Counted from the whole stretch's first letter, positions 38,487-48,866 are shown. The stretch is DNA of 60,079 bases, filler included, from 9 parts of 9 records of this genome joined end to end with filler, not necessarily neighbours in it, one strand, 5' to 3'. The notes: generated by a model not told the origin, from the sequence alone. Program-made: numbers and translations.

Positions 38487-40679
38487 GAGATACGAACTCC
38501 TATGAATGCAATTATTGGGATGACAACCTTAGCACAAAAGAAACGAAACTTTGAAGATATTCAACCATATTTAAATAAAATACTCGTATCTTCTAATCTA
38601 CTTTTAGACATTATCAATGAGATATTAGACTTTTCTAAAATTGAAGCAGGCAAAATCGAACTTGAAAAGATACCTTTTAATCTTTATAAAATCACTAACA
38701 ATCTTCAAACACTTTTTGAAAGTGCTTGTAATGAAAAAGGACTAGAATTAAAAGTTAAAATTGATCCAAATATCCCTAGATCTTTAATAGGTGATCCAAC
38801 AAGAATCAAACAGATTTTAACAAACTTTACCTCCAATGCACTCAAATTCACTAAAGAGGGTTCTATTACAATAGATATCCATATAGAAAAACATATAGCA
38901 ATAAAAAACAAAAATAAACACTTTGACTATACAGATTCTTTAGGGGTAAATTCTCATGATCAATACTTGATCTATCTAGGGGTAAGTGATACAGGTAAAG
39001 GGATCGCAATAGAGAATCAAGAGAAACTTTTTTGTGCTTTTACACAAGAGGATGAATCAACCACAAGAAGACATGGAGGTACAGGTCTTGGTCTATCTAT
39101 CTCAAAAAGGTTTGTAGAACTTATGGATGGAGAGATAGGACTTGTAAGTGAAGAGAATAAAGGGAGTACTTTTTATGCCTTAATTCCATTTAATGAAGCA
39201 CTCCCTTTTAGCCAATCAAAGCATCTTGAAAACTCTTTAAATACTTTAGGGGAAGCAAAGATCCTTACACTTGATGATAGTACACACGATAGTATTATTT
39301 TACAAGAGATGCTGGAGCGATATCTTTTTAAAGTGGATCATACCAATAAAGAAACCGATGCTCTTACACGTATTAAAGAAAACAAATATGACCTTTTGAT
39401 CCTTGATTGGATGCTTCCAAATATCTCTGGAATAGATCTTTATAAGCAGGTTTTAGAAGATACATCCATTGTAGATAAACCAAAAGTGATTATTGTAAGT
39501 GCCTATGATAAATATGATATTGTACAAAATGCACAAGGGATAGAGCTTCCATATATCTTAGAAAAACCATTTACCTCTTCTGAACTTCTACGTGCAATTA
39601 TGGAAACTTTGCAAAATAATAATACAGAAACTCCCCAATCTTGTGCAATAGATCTAGAGATCAATAGAATTGATTTTAAAAACCAAACTATCCTTCTTGC
39701 AGATGATAATGAACTCAACCAAGAAGTTGCAAAAGAGATTTTAGAGAACTGTAATCTAAAAGTAATTCTTGCCAATAATGGACAAGAAGCCTATGAGCAG
39801 TTTTTTCAAGAAAAAGAAGATATAAAGCTACTTTTAATGGATCTACAAATGCCTGTAATGGATGGATATGAAGCCTCAAAAATGATACGACAACAAGAAA
39901 AAGGGAAAGATATCCCTATTATTGCTCTTACTGCAGATGCAATTTTTGGAACAAAAGAAAAGGTACTTGCAAATGGTATGAATGACTATGCAACAAAACC
40001 AATTGATCCAAACATATTGATCCAAATCATTGCAAAATATCTTAACTTTCAAGCAAAAGAGCATAATGAAAGTGTACATACACAAGAATCTGATCTAAAA
40101 ATATACTCATTAGATATACAAAAAGAGATTGAAAGAATAGCTGGAAATAAAGAAGTTTACTACAATATCTTACGAAAATTTGCTAAAAACTATGCTCATT
40201 TTGTTCAAGAGTGTATCAAACTTAATACAGCTTATGAATATGATACTCTATATATCCAACTCCACCAGCTTAAAGGGGTCGTTGGAAATATTGGTGCCCA
40301 TAAATTGATGGAGACCATAAAAGATGCAGAGATTCTTGCAAAAGCTAAAAAAAACTCCTACGAAGAGCTGATTATTATTGAATTTGAGATACAACAGATC
40401 ATCGATTCAATAAAAAAAGCCCTTCCAAACAATATACAAAAAAAAGAAAAAATAGCATATGATGCAACATTATCTAAAAAGCTTTTAGAAGAGATGATAT
40501 CTTTACTTCAAAGTGGGGATTCGGATGTGGAAAAAACGATAGAAGCACTTCAAAAGCAACAACTCGATTCCCCTTTAGAAGAGCTTTTAGAAAAGATCTA
40601 TACAAATGTGGATGAGTTTGAATATCAAAAAGCTTTACACTTAGCTTTACAAATGAAAGAGGTAATAGAAAATGGATAG
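38487..40679 (+). CDS. Hybrid sensor histidine kinase (HisKA-HATPase-REC-REC-Hpt; 5' partial)
   Basis: EIRTPMNAIIG H-box, DTGKGI, GGTGLGL, two receiver domains (LDWMLP, MDLQMP), LHQLKG Hpt. Confidence 0.93.
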   Translation, partial: EIRTPMNAIIGMTTLAQKKRNFEDIQPYLNKILVSSNLLLDIINEILDFSKIEAGKIELEKIPFNLYKITNNLQTLFESACNEKGLELKVKIDPNIPRSLIGDPTRIKQILTNFTSNALKFTKEGSITIDIHIEKHIAIKNKNKHFDYTDSLGVNSHDQYLIYLGVSDTGKGIAIENQEKLFCAFTQEDESTTRRHGGTGLGLSISKRFVELMDGEIGLVSEENKGSTFYALIPFNEALPFSQSKHLENSLNTLGEAKILTLDDSTHDSIILQEMLERYLFKVDHTNKETDALTRIKENKYDLLILDWMLPNISGIDLYKQVLEDTSIVDKPKVIIVSAYDKYDIVQNAQGIELPYILEKPFTSSELLRAIMETLQNNNTETPQSCAIDLEINRIDFKNQTILLADDNELNQEVAKEILENCNLKVILANNGQEAYEQFFQEKEDIKLLLMDLQMPVMDGYEASKMIRQQEKGKDIPIIALTADAIFGTKEKVLANGMNDYATKPIDPNILIQIIAKYLNFQAKEHNESVHTQESDLKIYSLDIQKEIERIAGNKEVYYNILRKFAKNYAHFVQECIKLNTAYEYDTLYIQLHQLKGVVGNIGAHKLMETIKDAEILAKAKKNSYEELIIIEFEIQQIIDSIKKALPNNIQKKEKIAYDATLSKKLLEEMISLLQSGDSDVEKTIEALQKQQLDSPLEELLEKIYTNVDEFEYQKALHLALQMKEVIENG

Positions 40680-41730
40680 ACCAAATATATTAATAGTAGA
40701 TGATGCCCCAGAGAATTTAAAAAAACTAAAAGCGATTTTAAAAGATGATTACTCAATTAAGATAGCTAAAAATGGACAAGAAGCGATAGAGGTACTTCAT
40801 AAAAATCACTCTATTGATCTTATTATTAGTGATATTAGTATGCCTGTGCTTGATGGATATCAATTTTGTGAATATGTTAAAAGAACTGATCAATATAAAG
40901 AGATCCCTTTTATTTTTATTACTGCAAGCCATGATAGTGATGATGAGATACATGGCTTTGAACTTGGTGCTGCTGATTTTATCACAAAACCTTTTGCCGC
41001 TACAAAAGTACAAGCACGAATTGGTGCACATATCGCTTTATATCAAAAGTCTATAGAACTTCGTGATTATAAAAAAAATCTTGAAGAAAAAGTTCATGCT
41101 GGGCTTCAAGAGATTATTACTTTAAATAGTGAGATCACTGCCACTCAAAAAGAGGTGATCCTCACTATGGGAGCTATAGGAGAATCAAGATCAAAAGAAA
41201 CAGGAGATCATGTAAAAAGAGTCGCTGAGTATTCATTTTTATTAGCTGAACTCTATGGACTTACACCCAAAGAGTGCGAAACCCTAAAAATGGCAAGCCC
41301 TATGCATGATATAGGAAAAGTGGCTATTCCTGATCATATATTAAATAAACCTGGACGTCATACTGATGAAGAGAGTAAGATCATGAAAACCCATGCTGAA
41401 CTTGGATATACCATGTTACAACACTCTGATAGAGAGATCTTTAAAACAGCTGCTATTGTAGCTTTAGAACACCATGAAAAATGGAATGGCTTAGGCTATC
41501 CAAAAGGTTTACAAGAGGAAAACATACATATTTATGGAAGAATCACTGCACTTGCAGATGTATTTGATGCTCTTGGACATGATAGATGTTATAAAAAAGC
41601 ATGGCCACTTGAAGATGTTTTAGAGCTTATTAAAAAAGAGCGTGGGGAGCATTTTGATCCAAGACTTGTGGATCTATTTTTAGATAATCTTGAGAGGTTT
41701 TTAATGATCAAGACAAAATTTGATAATTAA
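40672..41730 (+). CDS. Response regulator with HD-GYP phosphodiesterase domain (RpfG-like)
   Basis: ILIVDD, SDISMP, ETGDHVKRV, MHDIGK, HHEKWNGLGYP. Confidence 0.95.
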   Translation: MDRPNILIVDDAPENLKKLKAILKDDYSIKIAKNGQEAIEVLHKNHSIDLIISDISMPVLDGYQFCEYVKRTDQYKEIPFIFITASHDSDDEIHGFELGAADFITKPFAATKVQARIGAHIALYQKSIELRDYKKNLEEKVHAGLQEIITLNSEITATQKEVILTMGAIGESRSKETGDHVKRVAEYSFLLAELYGLTPKECETLKMASPMHDIGKVAIPDHILNKPGRHTDEESKIMKTHAELGYTMLQHSDREIFKTAAIVALEHHEKWNGLGYPKGLQEENIHIYGRITALADVFDALGHDRCYKKAWPLEDVLELIKKERGEHFDPRLVDLFLDNLERFLMIKTKFDN

Positions 41731-41742
41731 GTCTTGATCATT
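41703..41742. terminator. Hairpin between convergent genes
   Basis: AATGATCAAGAC...GTCTTGATCATT followed by a T-run. Confidence 0.55.
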
Positions 41743-41744
41743 TT

Positions 41745-41978
41745 TTAGTTTTTTAATAACTCTACTATCTCATGTACGCTTAGTAGTTTCCCAGTACTTT
41801 TTACTTCTCCATCAACAACAAGACCAGGAGTATTCATCACTTGATATTCCATAATCTTCATCACATCATCTACTTTTACTACTTCATGAAACCCACCAAG
41901 CTCTTTTAAAGCCTCTTTTGTATTGTTTTCGAGTGCTGTACATTTTGCACATCCAGTTCCTAGTATTTCTATTTTCAT
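41745..41978 (-). CDS. Small redox-active disulfide protein (Thioredoxin_3 family)
   Basis: MKIEILGTGCAKC, VMNTPGLVVDG. Confidence 0.92.
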   Translation of the reverse strand: MKIEILGTGCAKCTALENNTKEALKELGGFHEVVKVDDVMKIMEYQVMNTPGLVVDGEVKSTGKLLSVHEIVELLKN

Positions 41979-41987
41979 TTTTTCTCC

Positions 41988-42950
41988 TTATAATAAAAAA
42001 TTAAATATATACCCAACACCAATGATCCCAATAGTTACTATTGTAAAAAACAGAACTATCAACTTTGTATGGAGTATTCTTTTTAAGATCATAGCTTCAG
42101 GAAGACTAAGTGCAGTCACTGCCATCATAAAACTAAGAGCAGATCCTAAGACCATCCCTTTTGCTGTTAATACTTCTACAAGTGGCATCACTCCTGCTGC
42201 ATTTGCATACATAGGAACCCCCATCAATACAGCTACAGGAACTGTATACCATGCCTCTCCACCTGCATATTTTACTATAAAATCTGCTGGGATATATCCA
42301 TGGATAAATGCTCCTACTCCTACTCCAATCATCACATAGATATAGATCTTTTTAAAGATATCAGCTGTATACTCCCAAGCCTCTTTTACACGCTCTTTGA
42401 AACTAAGCTCAATCTTTACATCTTCAAGTTCACCCTCCATAGGAGTGATCGGGATCAAGATATATTTTTCTACATTTTTTATCTTTCCTATAAAATATCC
42501 ACCAAAGATCGCTACAAAAAGTCCAAATCCTATATAGATAGCAGTCACTTTCCAACCAAAAAGTCCTAGAAGCATCGCTATTGCTATCTCATTATTAAGA
42601 GGAGCTGAGATAAGAAAAGAAAAAGTGATCCCAACTGGGATTCGTGCTTGCATAAATCCAAGGAACAAAGGGATGGCACTACAGGTACAAAATGGTGTAA
42701 TAATTCCAAATAAAGCAGCAAGTACATTTCCTGTAAACTCTGATTTTCCTTGAAGATATGCTCTTACTTTCTCTGTATTAAAATAGCTTCGTAAAAAACT
42801 CACCGCAAAAATAATAGCAACAAGTAAGATAAATATTTTTATCGTATCATAGATAAAAAAATGTAATGCACTTGCAAGCTTCGAATCAGCTTCTAAAGCT
42901 AAAGTTTGATACACAAGTATTGTAACTAAACTCTCCCACCAATCAAACAT
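41988..42950 (-). CDS. arsP: ArsP-family (DUF318) permease
   Basis: FFIYDTIKI, TPFCTCSAIP, GVPMYANAAG, SLPE. Confidence 0.88.
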   Translation of the reverse strand: MFDWWESLVTILVYQTLALEADSKLASALHFFIYDTIKIFILLVAIIFAVSFLRSYFNTEKVRAYLQGKSEFTGNVLAALFGIITPFCTCSAIPLFLGFMQARIPVGITFSFLISAPLNNEIAIAMLLGLFGWKVTAIYIGFGLFVAIFGGYFIGKIKNVEKYILIPITPMEGELEDVKIELSFKERVKEAWEYTADIFKKIYIYVMIGVGVGAFIHGYIPADFIVKYAGGEAWYTVPVAVLMGVPMYANAAGVMPLVEVLTAKGMVLGSALSFMMAVTALSLPEAMILKRILHTKLIVLFFTIVTIGIIGVGYIFNFLL

Positions 42951-44091
42951 AAAAACCTCCTACAATTCCATACAAACAAAATCCTATAATAAAATAATAG
43001 ATAGGAAACTTATATTTTCTCATCATAATAAACCCAGATATTGCAATAAAAAGATCTAAAATACTCCCTACTCCACTTATAAAGATAGGATTACACAATG
43101 CTGCAAATAAAAGGGCTACTACACTTGCATTGATCCCTATAATAGCTGAAGCAATTATTGGTTTTTTAGAATAACTTTCAAAACTTTTATAAAAAGCTAT
43201 GATCAATAAAAACCCTGGTAAAAATATCGCTAAAGTTGCCACAAGTGCTCCTAGAAAAGGACTATTTTCGAAACTCACCGCTCCAATATATGAGGCGATC
43301 GTAAACATAGGTCCAGGGACTGCTTGGGCTAAAGCGTATCCTACTAAAAACTCATTCTCAGCCACAGGAACATTTTCAGCAATCAGAGGTAATACCACAT
43401 GCCCTCCTCCAAATACCAAACTTCCCACTTGATAAAAAGAGTGAAATAAAGTATACAGTTCATTTGAACTTACTAGAAAAAAAGTGAGTAAAAATGGGAG
43501 GACAAATAAAAATAAAGCAAATAGATTTGGTCTTTTATACTCATCTATCTTTTGCTTTTTAGAAGTGATAAAAACAGCTCCTAAAACACCTGCTACTATG
43601 ATCACTAAGATTTGGATAAAAAAACTTGTAAAAAGAAGTAAGACTAAACTACTAAGAATAAAAATAAAAACTGTAAATTTTGTTTTACAAAAGTTTTTAA
43701 ACATCCCATAGGTAGCATCAGCGACAACAACTACAGCAAAAAGTTTTAAACCATCTATTAATCCATTCATCAAAGAAGACTCGGAAGAGCTTAGTGAAAA
43801 TGTAGCTAAGAGATAAAGTAAGAGAAAAGAGGGAAGAGTAAAACCTATAAAAGCCCCTACTCCACCAAGAAGTCCCCCTTTTTGTAACCCTATAGCAAAA
43901 CCTACTTGAGAAGAGCTAGGACCTGGCAAAAACTGACTCAATGCCACTATCTTTGAATAGCTTTCATCACTGAGCCACTGTAACTTTTCAACAAAGTTTT
44001 TTCGAAAATACCCTAGATGTGCAATAGGGCCTCCAAAGCTTACAAGTCCTAAAAGTAAGAACTGATAAAATATCTCAACTTGTTTTTTCAT
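42943..44091 (-). CDS. chrA: Chromate efflux transporter
   Basis: SFGGPIAHLG, QFLPGPSSSQ, VFGGGHVVLP, AQAVPGP. Confidence 0.93.
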   Translation of the reverse strand: MKKQVEIFYQFLLLGLVSFGGPIAHLGYFRKNFVEKLQWLSDESYSKIVALSQFLPGPSSSQVGFAIGLQKGGLLGGVGAFIGFTLPSFLLLYLLATFSLSSSESSLMNGLIDGLKLFAVVVVADATYGMFKNFCKTKFTVFIFILSSLVLLLFTSFFIQILVIIVAGVLGAVFITSKKQKIDEYKRPNLFALFLFVLPFLLTFFLVSSNELYTLFHSFYQVGSLVFGGGHVVLPLIAENVPVAENEFLVGYALAQAVPGPMFTIASYIGAVSFENSPFLGALVATLAIFLPGFLLIIAFYKSFESYSKKPIIASAIIGINASVVALLFAALCNPIFISGVGSILDLFIAISGFIMMRKYKFPIYYFIIGFCLYGIVGGFYV

Positions 44092-44111
44092 CTTTTAAGA
44101 GTGTTTTAACT

Positions 44112-45029
44112 CTATTCTCCCCATTCTAGCTGATAATAATAGTTTTGGATATTGTTGTAGTTAAGTTGTTTATAGTGGTTGATATGACTAAACTTCTGAG
44201 TTTTCACATGTTTTACCACCTCATCACTCTCTATCCCATCTTCATACGCTTGTTGTACATCTGATCTCATGATTTGTAGATACTCTAAAGTATCTTTATA
44301 AGAATCTTTATCATACTCTTTTCCATGACCACCTAAAAGATATTTTGCATCAAGTTTTGCTAAGTTTTCTAAAGCTTCAATCCAACCATCTACATTAGAA
44401 GCCTTTCTATAGTTTAAAAGTCTTCCGTTAAAGACGATATTTCCTACAAATAAAAAACTATCATCTTCACTATAGATAGCAATGTCACTTTTCTCTTCAG
44501 AGATTTTACTTGGTTTGATTATTGTTAACGTTTTTTTAGAACCTTCTATTTTATATCCATCTTCAACTAAAGTATCTGCATAAATAAGTTTTGTTCCAAC
44601 AAGAACCTTCTTATCTAAGATCATCTCCATACGTTTAAACTTATCAAGATTTTGTTTTATATCCTCGTTGAGATTTTTATACCCAACTATCTTTGCTCCT
44701 TGTTCTTTAAAAAAACCTGCCCCTTGTACTCTATCATCATGAAAGTTACTCAAAACCACATGACTTACTTTGTGATTTGGATACTCTTTTTTCATCTCTT
44801 TATAAAACTCTTTTGCAAAGATATATGTTGGCCCTGCATCTAAAACTACTAAACTCTCACCAATATCCACATAACACATATTTGATACAAATCCATTATT
44901 TGATTTCATCGGTGGATGGATATCTCCTATAACACAATGGATATCTTTAGTAATTGTGATCGGTTTTAGATTATATACATTTGCAAATACTGAGCTAAGA
45001 GCTATACATAAAAAAAGAACTCCTTTCAT
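44112..45029 (-). CDS. Secreted metallo-beta-lactamase-fold protein (SoxH-like) with a degenerate metal site
   Basis: Signal peptide; NNGFVSN, VVLDAG, SNFHDDR, FVGNIVF, LLGGHG. Confidence 0.75.
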   Translation of the reverse strand: MKGVLFLCIALSSVFANVYNLKPITITKDIHCVIGDIHPPMKSNNGFVSNMCYVDIGESLVVLDAGPTYIFAKEFYKEMKKEYPNHKVSHVVLSNFHDDRVQGAGFFKEQGAKIVGYKNLNEDIKQNLDKFKRMEMILDKKVLVGTKLIYADTLVEDGYKIEGSKKTLTIIKPSKISEEKSDIAIYSEDDSFLFVGNIVFNGRLLNYRKASNVDGWIEALENLAKLDAKYLLGGHGKEYDKDSYKDTLEYLQIMRSDVQQAYEDGIESDEVVKHVKTQKFSHINHYKQLNYNNIQNYYYQLEWGE

Positions 45030-45030
45030 C

Positions 45031-45435
45031 TTATAAACCTAATGCTTCTTTTACTTTAGGAAGTAAAATCTCTTCTATCTCTTTATACGTTGCTTCAAAT
45101 GCTTCAAACCCTTTTCCATCTGGATCTTCAAATCCTACATGAATCTTTGGCGCAGGCTTTGGAAACATTGGACATGTTTCATTGGCATGATCACATACAG
45201 TTACTACAAGATCATATTCATTCTCAATCACAGTATCAAGCACTTTTGAGTGATATTCATCTTTCCAGATCCCTTTGTCGCTTAATAGTTTTTGTGCATT
45301 TGGATTTACTCTTCCACTCGCACGTACCCCTGAACTATCCGCTGATACACCATCAAGTTTTGCATTGATTAAAGCCTCTGCTATAATACTTCGACAACTA
45401 TTTCCCGTACATAAAACTAATACTTTTTTATCCAT
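45031..45435 (-). CDS. arsC: Thioredoxin-coupled arsenate reductase (LMW-PTP type)
   Basis: CTGNSCRS P-loop, TVCD...CP, FEDP. Confidence 0.93.
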   Translation of the reverse strand: MDKKVLVLCTGNSCRSIIAEALINAKLDGVSADSSGVRASGRVNPNAQKLLSDKGIWKDEYHSKVLDTVIENEYDLVVTVCDHANETCPMFPKPAPKIHVGFEDPDGKGFEAFEATYKEIEEILLPKVKEALGL

Positions 45436-45457
45436 TTCCTTTTTCCTTTTTATAAAT

Positions 45458-46150
45458 TTAGATTGAACACTCTTGGGGAGTTCGACACTTGATAAACTTC
45501 ATAAAAACTAGTCCTGCAAAAAGTGCACCTAGTATTGTAGCAACTATATATAACCAAACGGTTTCAAGATTTCCTGAAACAAGAGCTGGTCCAAAAGAAC
45601 GTGCTGGATTCATACTTGCCATAGTAATTGGTCCTGCAAACATCGCTTCAAGCCCAACAGTTAAACCTATTGCCAATCCTGCAAAAGATTTTATCGCCTT
45701 TCCATGCACTGCACTTCCACAGATCACAAGCATTAAAATAAACGTTAAAATAAACTCCATAATAAAAGCCTGCATTTGTGAACCCCTTGGAAGGGTACTT
45801 CCTAGATATGCTAGCTCACTCATACTTTTTGCCTCTTCTAAAAAAATAAGGTATAACATACCAGCAGCAACTATTGCTCCTAATACTTGAGCTATGATAT
45901 AAGGGATAGTATCTTTTTTATCAAACTCTTTCATTGAAGTAAATGCAAGAGTCACTGCTGGATTCATATGTGCTCCGCTAATATGTCCAAAAGTATAGAT
46001 AAGTGATACAACTACAAATCCCCAAGTAAGTGCCACACCACTATGTCCTAAAGCTCCTGTAAGAGTCTCAACTACTATTGCCCCACACCCTGCAAAGATC
46101 ATTATAAAAGTCGCTATAAACTCAACCACATATCTTCTATTTATCTGCAT
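45458..46150 (-). CDS. MIP-family aquaporin/aquaglyceroporin (putative arsenite channel)
   Basis: HISGAHMNPAVT and ASMNPARSFGP (two NPA motifs); overlaps the arsR stop. Confidence 0.92.
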   Translation of the reverse strand: MQINRRYVVEFIATFIMIFAGCGAIVVETLTGALGHSGVALTWGFVVVSLIYTFGHISGAHMNPAVTLAFTSMKEFDKKDTIPYIIAQVLGAIVAAGMLYLIFLEEAKSMSELAYLGSTLPRGSQMQAFIMEFILTFILMLVICGSAVHGKAIKSFAGLAIGLTVGLEAMFAGPITMASMNPARSFGPALVSGNLETVWLYIVATILGALFAGLVFMKFIKCRTPQECSI

Positions 46151-46451
46151 CACATTCCTTTTTTAGCTTGGGAATATCCATCTTTAAATAACTTATCTCT
46201 TTTAAAATAGATTGACGGAACTGATCAAGAGGAGCTCTTATACTATAATACGCCCAACGCCCTCGCCTATCCACTTTTAAAAAGCCTGCTTCTTTTAATA
46301 TTTTTAAATGTCGTGAAATTCGTGATTGGATCATAAGAAAGGAGCTTTCTATATCACAAACACACACCTCACCATTGATATCTATAAAATGAAGAATTCG
46401 AAGCCGTGTTTCATCATTTATAGATCCAATGGTTTTTAAAAATATATCCAT
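46137..46451 (-). CDS. arsR: ArsR/SmtB family repressor
   Basis: DETRLRIL, EVCVCDI, QSRISRHLKIL, RRGRWAYY. Confidence 0.93.
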   Translation of the reverse strand: MDIFLKTIGSINDETRLRILHFIDINGEVCVCDIESSFLMIQSRISRHLKILKEAGFLKVDRRGRWAYYSIRAPLDQFRQSILKEISYLKMDIPKLKKECDADK

Positions 46452-46492
46452 ATCTTTATCCTTTGAAGCAATTGTAGCAAAATAATTTTAAT

Positions 46493-46512
46493 ATATCAAG
46501 ATATATTGATAT
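46493..46512. promoter_or_regulatory. Putative ArsR operator
   Basis: ATATCAA-GATATA-TTGATAT inverted repeat ~40 bp upstream of arsR. Confidence 0.7.
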
Positions 46513-46524
46513 GTAATTAAAAAT

Positions 46525-47169
46525 TTATGCCCAGAGCTGAAGATCTGGGATATGAGAAAGAGCTTTTAAGATGTCTGTTTTAGAAACAATCCCTACTAAA
46601 AGATCATTTTCACTTACCACTGGCATCGCATCTATATCATGACTTATCATCACTTTTGCTACTCTTCTTATATCTGAGATTGGATCTGTTGTAACAAACT
46701 CTGGAAGCTCAAGATCTTCAAGTTTTGTATTTAAAAGCTCTTTGGCTTCATCAAAATCATCCATAAGTAAATTAAGTATCATTTTTTTATTGATCAGTGT
46801 AACTATTTGATGAGAGATCGTTACCACTGGAATTTGTGAGATCTTATTTTCTCTTAAAAGAGTATAAGCTTCATGAAGTGTAGCCCCTTCATTAATAGAG
46901 ATACACTCTTTTGTCATAATATCTTCCACATGATAGACTCGCTCAGTAGTATTTAACTTCGCAATCTTTTTATAACTATTGATCGCTTTATCACTATATG
47001 ACAGCCCCTCTTTTTTCTTTTTATCCTTAAGATAATCATCAAAATATAAATAAAGATCATCATCTGGCTTTAATCTAGAAGATGCTAAACCATCAACTTT
47101 ATCAACACTATAAAGATTATCTGCGGTACTTCGAAACTGTACACTTCCTTTATTATATACTGCAAACAT
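46525..47169 (-). CDS. CBS domain pair protein
   Basis: HVEDIMT, ISQIPVV, IDAMPVV...LVGIVSKTDIL. Confidence 0.88.
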   Translation of the reverse strand: MFAVYNKGSVQFRSTADNLYSVDKVDGLASSRLKPDDDLYLYFDDYLKDKKKKEGLSYSDKAINSYKKIAKLNTTERVYHVEDIMTKECISINEGATLHEAYTLLRENKISQIPVVTISHQIVTLINKKMILNLLMDDFDEAKELLNTKLEDLELPEFVTTDPISDIRRVAKVMISHDIDAMPVVSENDLLVGIVSKTDILKALSHIPDLQLWA

Positions 47170-47313
47170 TGTAGATCCTTTGTTTATTATTGATTTCTAT
47201 AAATAATCTTAACACTGAAATTTTAAACATCTATAAAGAAAAATGATTAATATTTTTAGCAAGATAATAGAGAAAAAGGGGTACAATTTTCTATTATTAA
47301 TAAGGAATACCCC

Positions 47314-47526
47314 ATGAGTTTTAACCCAGATGATTTTTTTACAACCACAACAATTGAAGATATTGCCCCAAAATTTCCAGAATTAGAAGAGATGGACTTT
47401 TCAAAAGAGAGTTTAAATGATCAACTTGTACAAAGAAACTACGAGATCACTTCTGCTGAATATAAAGATTTTTTATACACTTCACTCAAAGAATACTACG
47501 CTTTTGAGGTTGATACAATCGTTTAA
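47314..47526 (+). CDS. Small acidic hypothetical protein
   Basis: AAGGA RBS, followed by a perfect hairpin. Confidence 0.65.
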   Translation: MSFNPDDFFTTTTIEDIAPKFPELEEMDFSKESLNDQLVQRNYEITSAEYKDFLYTSLKEYYAFEVDTIV

Positions 47527-47549
47527 GATGCTTTAAATAAAGCATCTTA
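47524..47549. terminator. Hairpin/terminator
   Basis: TAAGATGCTTTA-AA-TAAAGCATCTTA. Confidence 0.6.
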
Positions 47550-47694
47550 CAGAATAAATAAAATATTACTTAAAAAAAATATTTACAAACGTCTCAATTG
47601 AAGCAGTGAAACAGTTTAAATATGCTAAAATTTACAATTGAAATATAATAAATACTATTATAGAAAGTTTTTATTACATTTAAGGAGAAACAAT

Positions 47695-47949
47695 TTGAAG
47701 TATAAGTTTTATGGAACTTTCCTAAATACGAGTACAATTCTATTTTTTACTTTCTCCAACTTACATGCTCAAAGTAATGATATTTTAGCATCTATTTCCA
47801 ATGACTTACACCACTATAATAACGTTGCTACCATTACAAAACAAAATGAACATTATCAGCCTTATATCATCTCTACCTTTCAAGGAAAAGAACTAGAACT
47901 ATTAGGTGTATCAAACCTAAAAGAAGCTCTTCAACTTGTCCCTGGAGTA
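47695..47949 (+). CDS. TonB-dependent receptor plug N-terminus (3' partial)
   Basis: AAGGAG RBS and TTG start; signal peptide; ATITKQNEHYQPYIIS...LGVSNLKEALQLVPGV. Confidence 0.75.
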
Positions 47950-48049
47950 NNNNNNNNNNNNNNNNNNNNNNNNNNNNNNNNNNNNNNNNNNNNTTAATTA
48001 ATTAANNNNNNNNNNNNNNNNNNNNNNNNNNNNNNNNNNNNNNNNNNNN

Positions 48050-48379
48050 CTCCATGTGACCCTGGTTCCCCTCCAGCATGATCATGAGTTGCAAGCCCCA
48101 GGTTGTTCCAATAGTAGTAGCAATTCCCGCGTCGGCATAAGCAAGTTCCTCTATGGCCACGGCCAAAGAAAAAAGCGACGCCCCCGCCCCTCCATATTCC
48201 TCAGGTACGATCAGGCCCATATAACCCTGCTCGGCCAGGATTTTGATTATGTCCCAATTAAATTTATTTTCAGGATCCCGATCCGCCGACTCGGCCCTGG
48301 GGCGAACTTCCCGGGCGCAGAGCTTTCGCAATTCGCTCTGAATAGCCTTTTCCTCGTCAGTAAGAGAAAAATCAATCAT
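48050..48379 (-). CDS. Acyl-CoA dehydrogenase family protein (3' partial)
   Basis: MIDFSLTDEE, VPEEYGGAG, IEELAYADAG. Confidence 0.9.
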
Positions 48380-48837
48380 TGCGTCCTCCGGTCGCTGTTG
48401 GGTTTGATTTCAAAGGAGACCGTTCCGGGAACGGAACGGCCTGCCATAAAACGCATGGCAAAACTTTGGGCATAGTTTTCAGCATCCTTCCTGGACGCCC
48501 ATTCATAGATACCCATGAAATCCCCGCTGTTTTCATCCATCAGCCATAATTTGGACCTGAAGCCCGGCAGACCGCAGAAAAAGGGAATCGTGAAAATGGA
48601 GAAGATCTTGTTGATTCCTGGATTCATCCTGGCCAAGTGGAACCTGACCTTAAAAAGCACTTCAGGATTAGGTTCGGCCCGCCATGATTTTCTTTCCATC
48701 TGTCGGAAAATAATGAACTTTTGTCCGTTGACATCAACAACGTCGCCGACTCTGGCCTGATTGAATCGCAGGCGCCCCAGGATGAGCAGAAGATTTGCTT
48801 TTAAGAAGCTGATCCAGGGATTCATTCTATCCTCCAT
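48376..48837 (-). CDS. YdhR-family putative monooxygenase (dimeric alpha/beta barrel)
   Basis: GLPGFRSKLWL, FMGIYEWAS...AENYA. Confidence 0.7.
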   Translation of the reverse strand: MEDRMNPWISFLKANLLLILGRLRFNQARVGDVVDVNGQKFIIFRQMERKSWRAEPNPEVLFKVRFHLARMNPGINKIFSIFTIPFFCGLPGFRSKLWLMDENSGDFMGIYEWASRKDAENYAQSFAMRFMAGRSVPGTVSFEIKPNSDRRTQ

Positions 48838-48866
48838 ATTGTAGTCGGCCTCGCCGCATTATTTAT

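Noticed and set aside
38487-41730. Hybrid kinase and HD-GYP pair as regulators of the ars operon
   Set aside because: They are convergently transcribed, separated by a hairpin, and are a common stand-alone signalling pair; the ars operon has its own ArsR and operator.
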